A program made the translations under genes and the position numbers. The notes beneath the pieces are model-generated. The model had not been told where the DNA came from. It saw only the letters and a list, made by a program, of their open reading frames with translations, and searched no databases. A stretch of 63,224 nucleotides of DNA, the filler included, from Octopus bimaculoides (Eukaryota): assembly GCF_001194135.2 (NCBI RefSeq). It is 5 parts of 5 records of this genome, joined end to end, with 100 filler letters (N's around TTAATTAATTAA, not from the genome) between each part and the next. Parts side by side here need not be neighbours in the genome. Positions count along the whole stretch, not along the records: positions 61,311 to 63,224 come from NC_068984.1; 4 more parts are not named here. One strand, 5' to 3'. Shown here in pieces: positions 61,471 through 63,224 of this stretch (its first letter is position 1; every line of letters starts with the position of its first letter).

Positions 61471-61645
61471 ATACACGCACACGCACACACACACACACAC
61501 ACATACATATATAAGATATAAATTATTCTCTAGAAGTCGATAAATACATGTTATATGAATGAACTGCGTCGCATGCCTTTCACTCCGATGTGTTGGAAAA
61601 AAATATAGTAATTCTTCATTGATATAAACTTGCTGACATAACATA

Positions 61646-61680
<35 letters not shown>

Positions 61681-62240
61681 CTGGTGGTGGTGGTGGTGGT
61701 GGTGGCAGTTCGTGTTAACAACACCACCACCAGTTCTCTACGAAGTAAATGATCAAACACCACAAAATATATCGTTTTTTTGTTTCTGTTTTCTTGTTTT
61801 TTATATATATATATATATATATATATTCGTTTACTTGATGGGCGAATCCAAGAAGGAAGAACTAAGTTGAGAGTCTGGGAAGGTACTTCCGGTGTGGGAG
61901 AGAGAGCGCAAAAACAGATAAGTCAACTAGATGCCATTAATGCTCTCATTATATTTTAGTTAGTAAGCCAGTTAGATGTTGGGTGTGTTGAAAATGTACA
62001 TATGTATATATATACATACACGTATGTATGTGTGTTTGTGTGTGTATGTAAACACGGGCAAATTTCCAGAAGTTTTGCTGTGCTCTGTGTAATGTATATG
62101 GAAGAAAGAGTGAAGCTGGTTGTTAAATAATGTGTTCTATGGATTGATATACGGGTGTGAAAAGTAGATTATCGAGTGCAGTAAGGATGTGAGATATCAG
62201 ACAGATATATATCTGTATTGAAGAGATATTGAAAGGAGAG

Positions 62241-62274
<34 letters not shown>

Positions 62275-62352
62275 AATATCTTCCCAAACCCTGTAGATTG
62301 TTAAAACAGCGATAAAAAGCAAACGAAACGAAATAAACACACGCACACGCAT

Positions 62353-62386
<34 letters not shown>

Positions 62387-63031
62387 GCACAAGCGCAGAC
62401 ACACACACATACACACACAAGCATACACACATATGTGTGTTAAAATATATGTTAAAATGGCGAAGTGGTAAATGACTGTACGCTGGATTACGAGTTAATG
62501 TTCTTTCATAAAAGAAAAAAAAAAGACTTAACCAATAATATATTGGAATGGCTATTCTCAGTATGTTAAACACTAACTAAGAGAAATACCAGTTCATGTG
62601 TGGAAACAATAAACTATAATCGTTACTATTTTTAATTTCAGCTTCAAATTTAGTATTACAATTGATATTTATAGCAAACTTTCTTAACAAGTACGTTTGT
62701 CTTATTGATCTTTGCGCGTCAGCTGTAGACATTTCCAGAATCTATAAGAAAAAGGCATTGTAAAATAACAGAAAGTACTTCAAGAGAAAGAAGGGTAGTG
62801 AAATGTATACGAGATATCTTTTTTGTTTGTTTGTTTGTTTTTGTTTCGAAGGCGTCAACAAATTTAATTCGATTTATTGATCAAAATCTATAGGATCTTC
62901 TTAGTATAAAAGAAAATGCATTTCTGCCAACGCTTTATAAAGTTTCAAGTGAAAAACCGAAGAAAACTGAAAAACAAAGAAAAGAAAAAAATAGCTTTGT
63001 TGTTGCTCGGGAGGGTCATAATCCAAATCGT

Positions 63032-63224
63032 GGAGGCGCAATGGCCCAGTGGTTAGGGCAGCGGACTCGCGGTCATAGGATCGCGGTTTCGATTCCCAGA
63101 CCGGGCGTTGTGAGTGCTTATTGAACGAAAACACCTAAAGCTCCACGAGGCTCCGGCAGAGGTTGGTGTCGAACCCTGCTGTACTCTTTCACCACAACTT
63201 TCTCTCACTCTTACTTCCTGTTTC
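63032..63224 (+). mobile_element. SINE family B, 5' half (runs off the window)
   Basis: ggaggcgcaatggcccagtggttagggcagcggactcgcggtcataggatcgcggtttcgattcccagaccgggcg. Confidence 0.95.

Noticed and set aside
63032-63105. tRNA-like sequence (also 51010-51085 and 54710-54784)
   Set aside because: A and B boxes are present, but the sequence continues into a 380-bp repeat body without a proper acceptor stem. These are SINE heads, not tRNA genes.

Overview
AT-rich eukaryotic DNA from a draft assembly, almost certainly a cephalopod (octopus-like). I infer this from the extreme microsatellite density and from tRNA-derived SINE families that I recall as Octopus repeats. There are many N gaps. Four 100-bp joins have the form N44-TTAATTAATTAA-N44 and are assembly spacers. 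No prokaryotic features, CRISPR array, rRNA or true tRNA is supported. Nearly all ORF-track entries are microsatellite, gap or repeat artefacts. Firmly supported content: more than 25 SINE copies from at least 4 families; a near full-length decayed Tc1/mariner element (55720-57046); a deleted Ty3/gypsy pol remnant with its 3' LTR (46475-47895); RTE and CR1-type LINE 3' ends; and Helitron/HINE-like elements. Most interesting signals: (1) type I hammerhead-ribozyme motifs of Penelope/retrozyme style, one inside a 342-bp unit bounded by 74-bp direct repeats (40544-40959); (2) a 12-unit heat-shock-element array sitting directly on a TATA box (58879-58962, minus strand) with no hsp gene behind it; (3) a compact candidate gene for an 81-aa secreted peptide (21971-22366); (4) a perfect 60-bp-arm hairpin (50233-50363); (5) old E-box-rich tandem arrays (30640-33000). 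The window probably lies in the introns of a large gene. Phase-compatible candidate exons were found on the minus strand, but I could not identify the protein.
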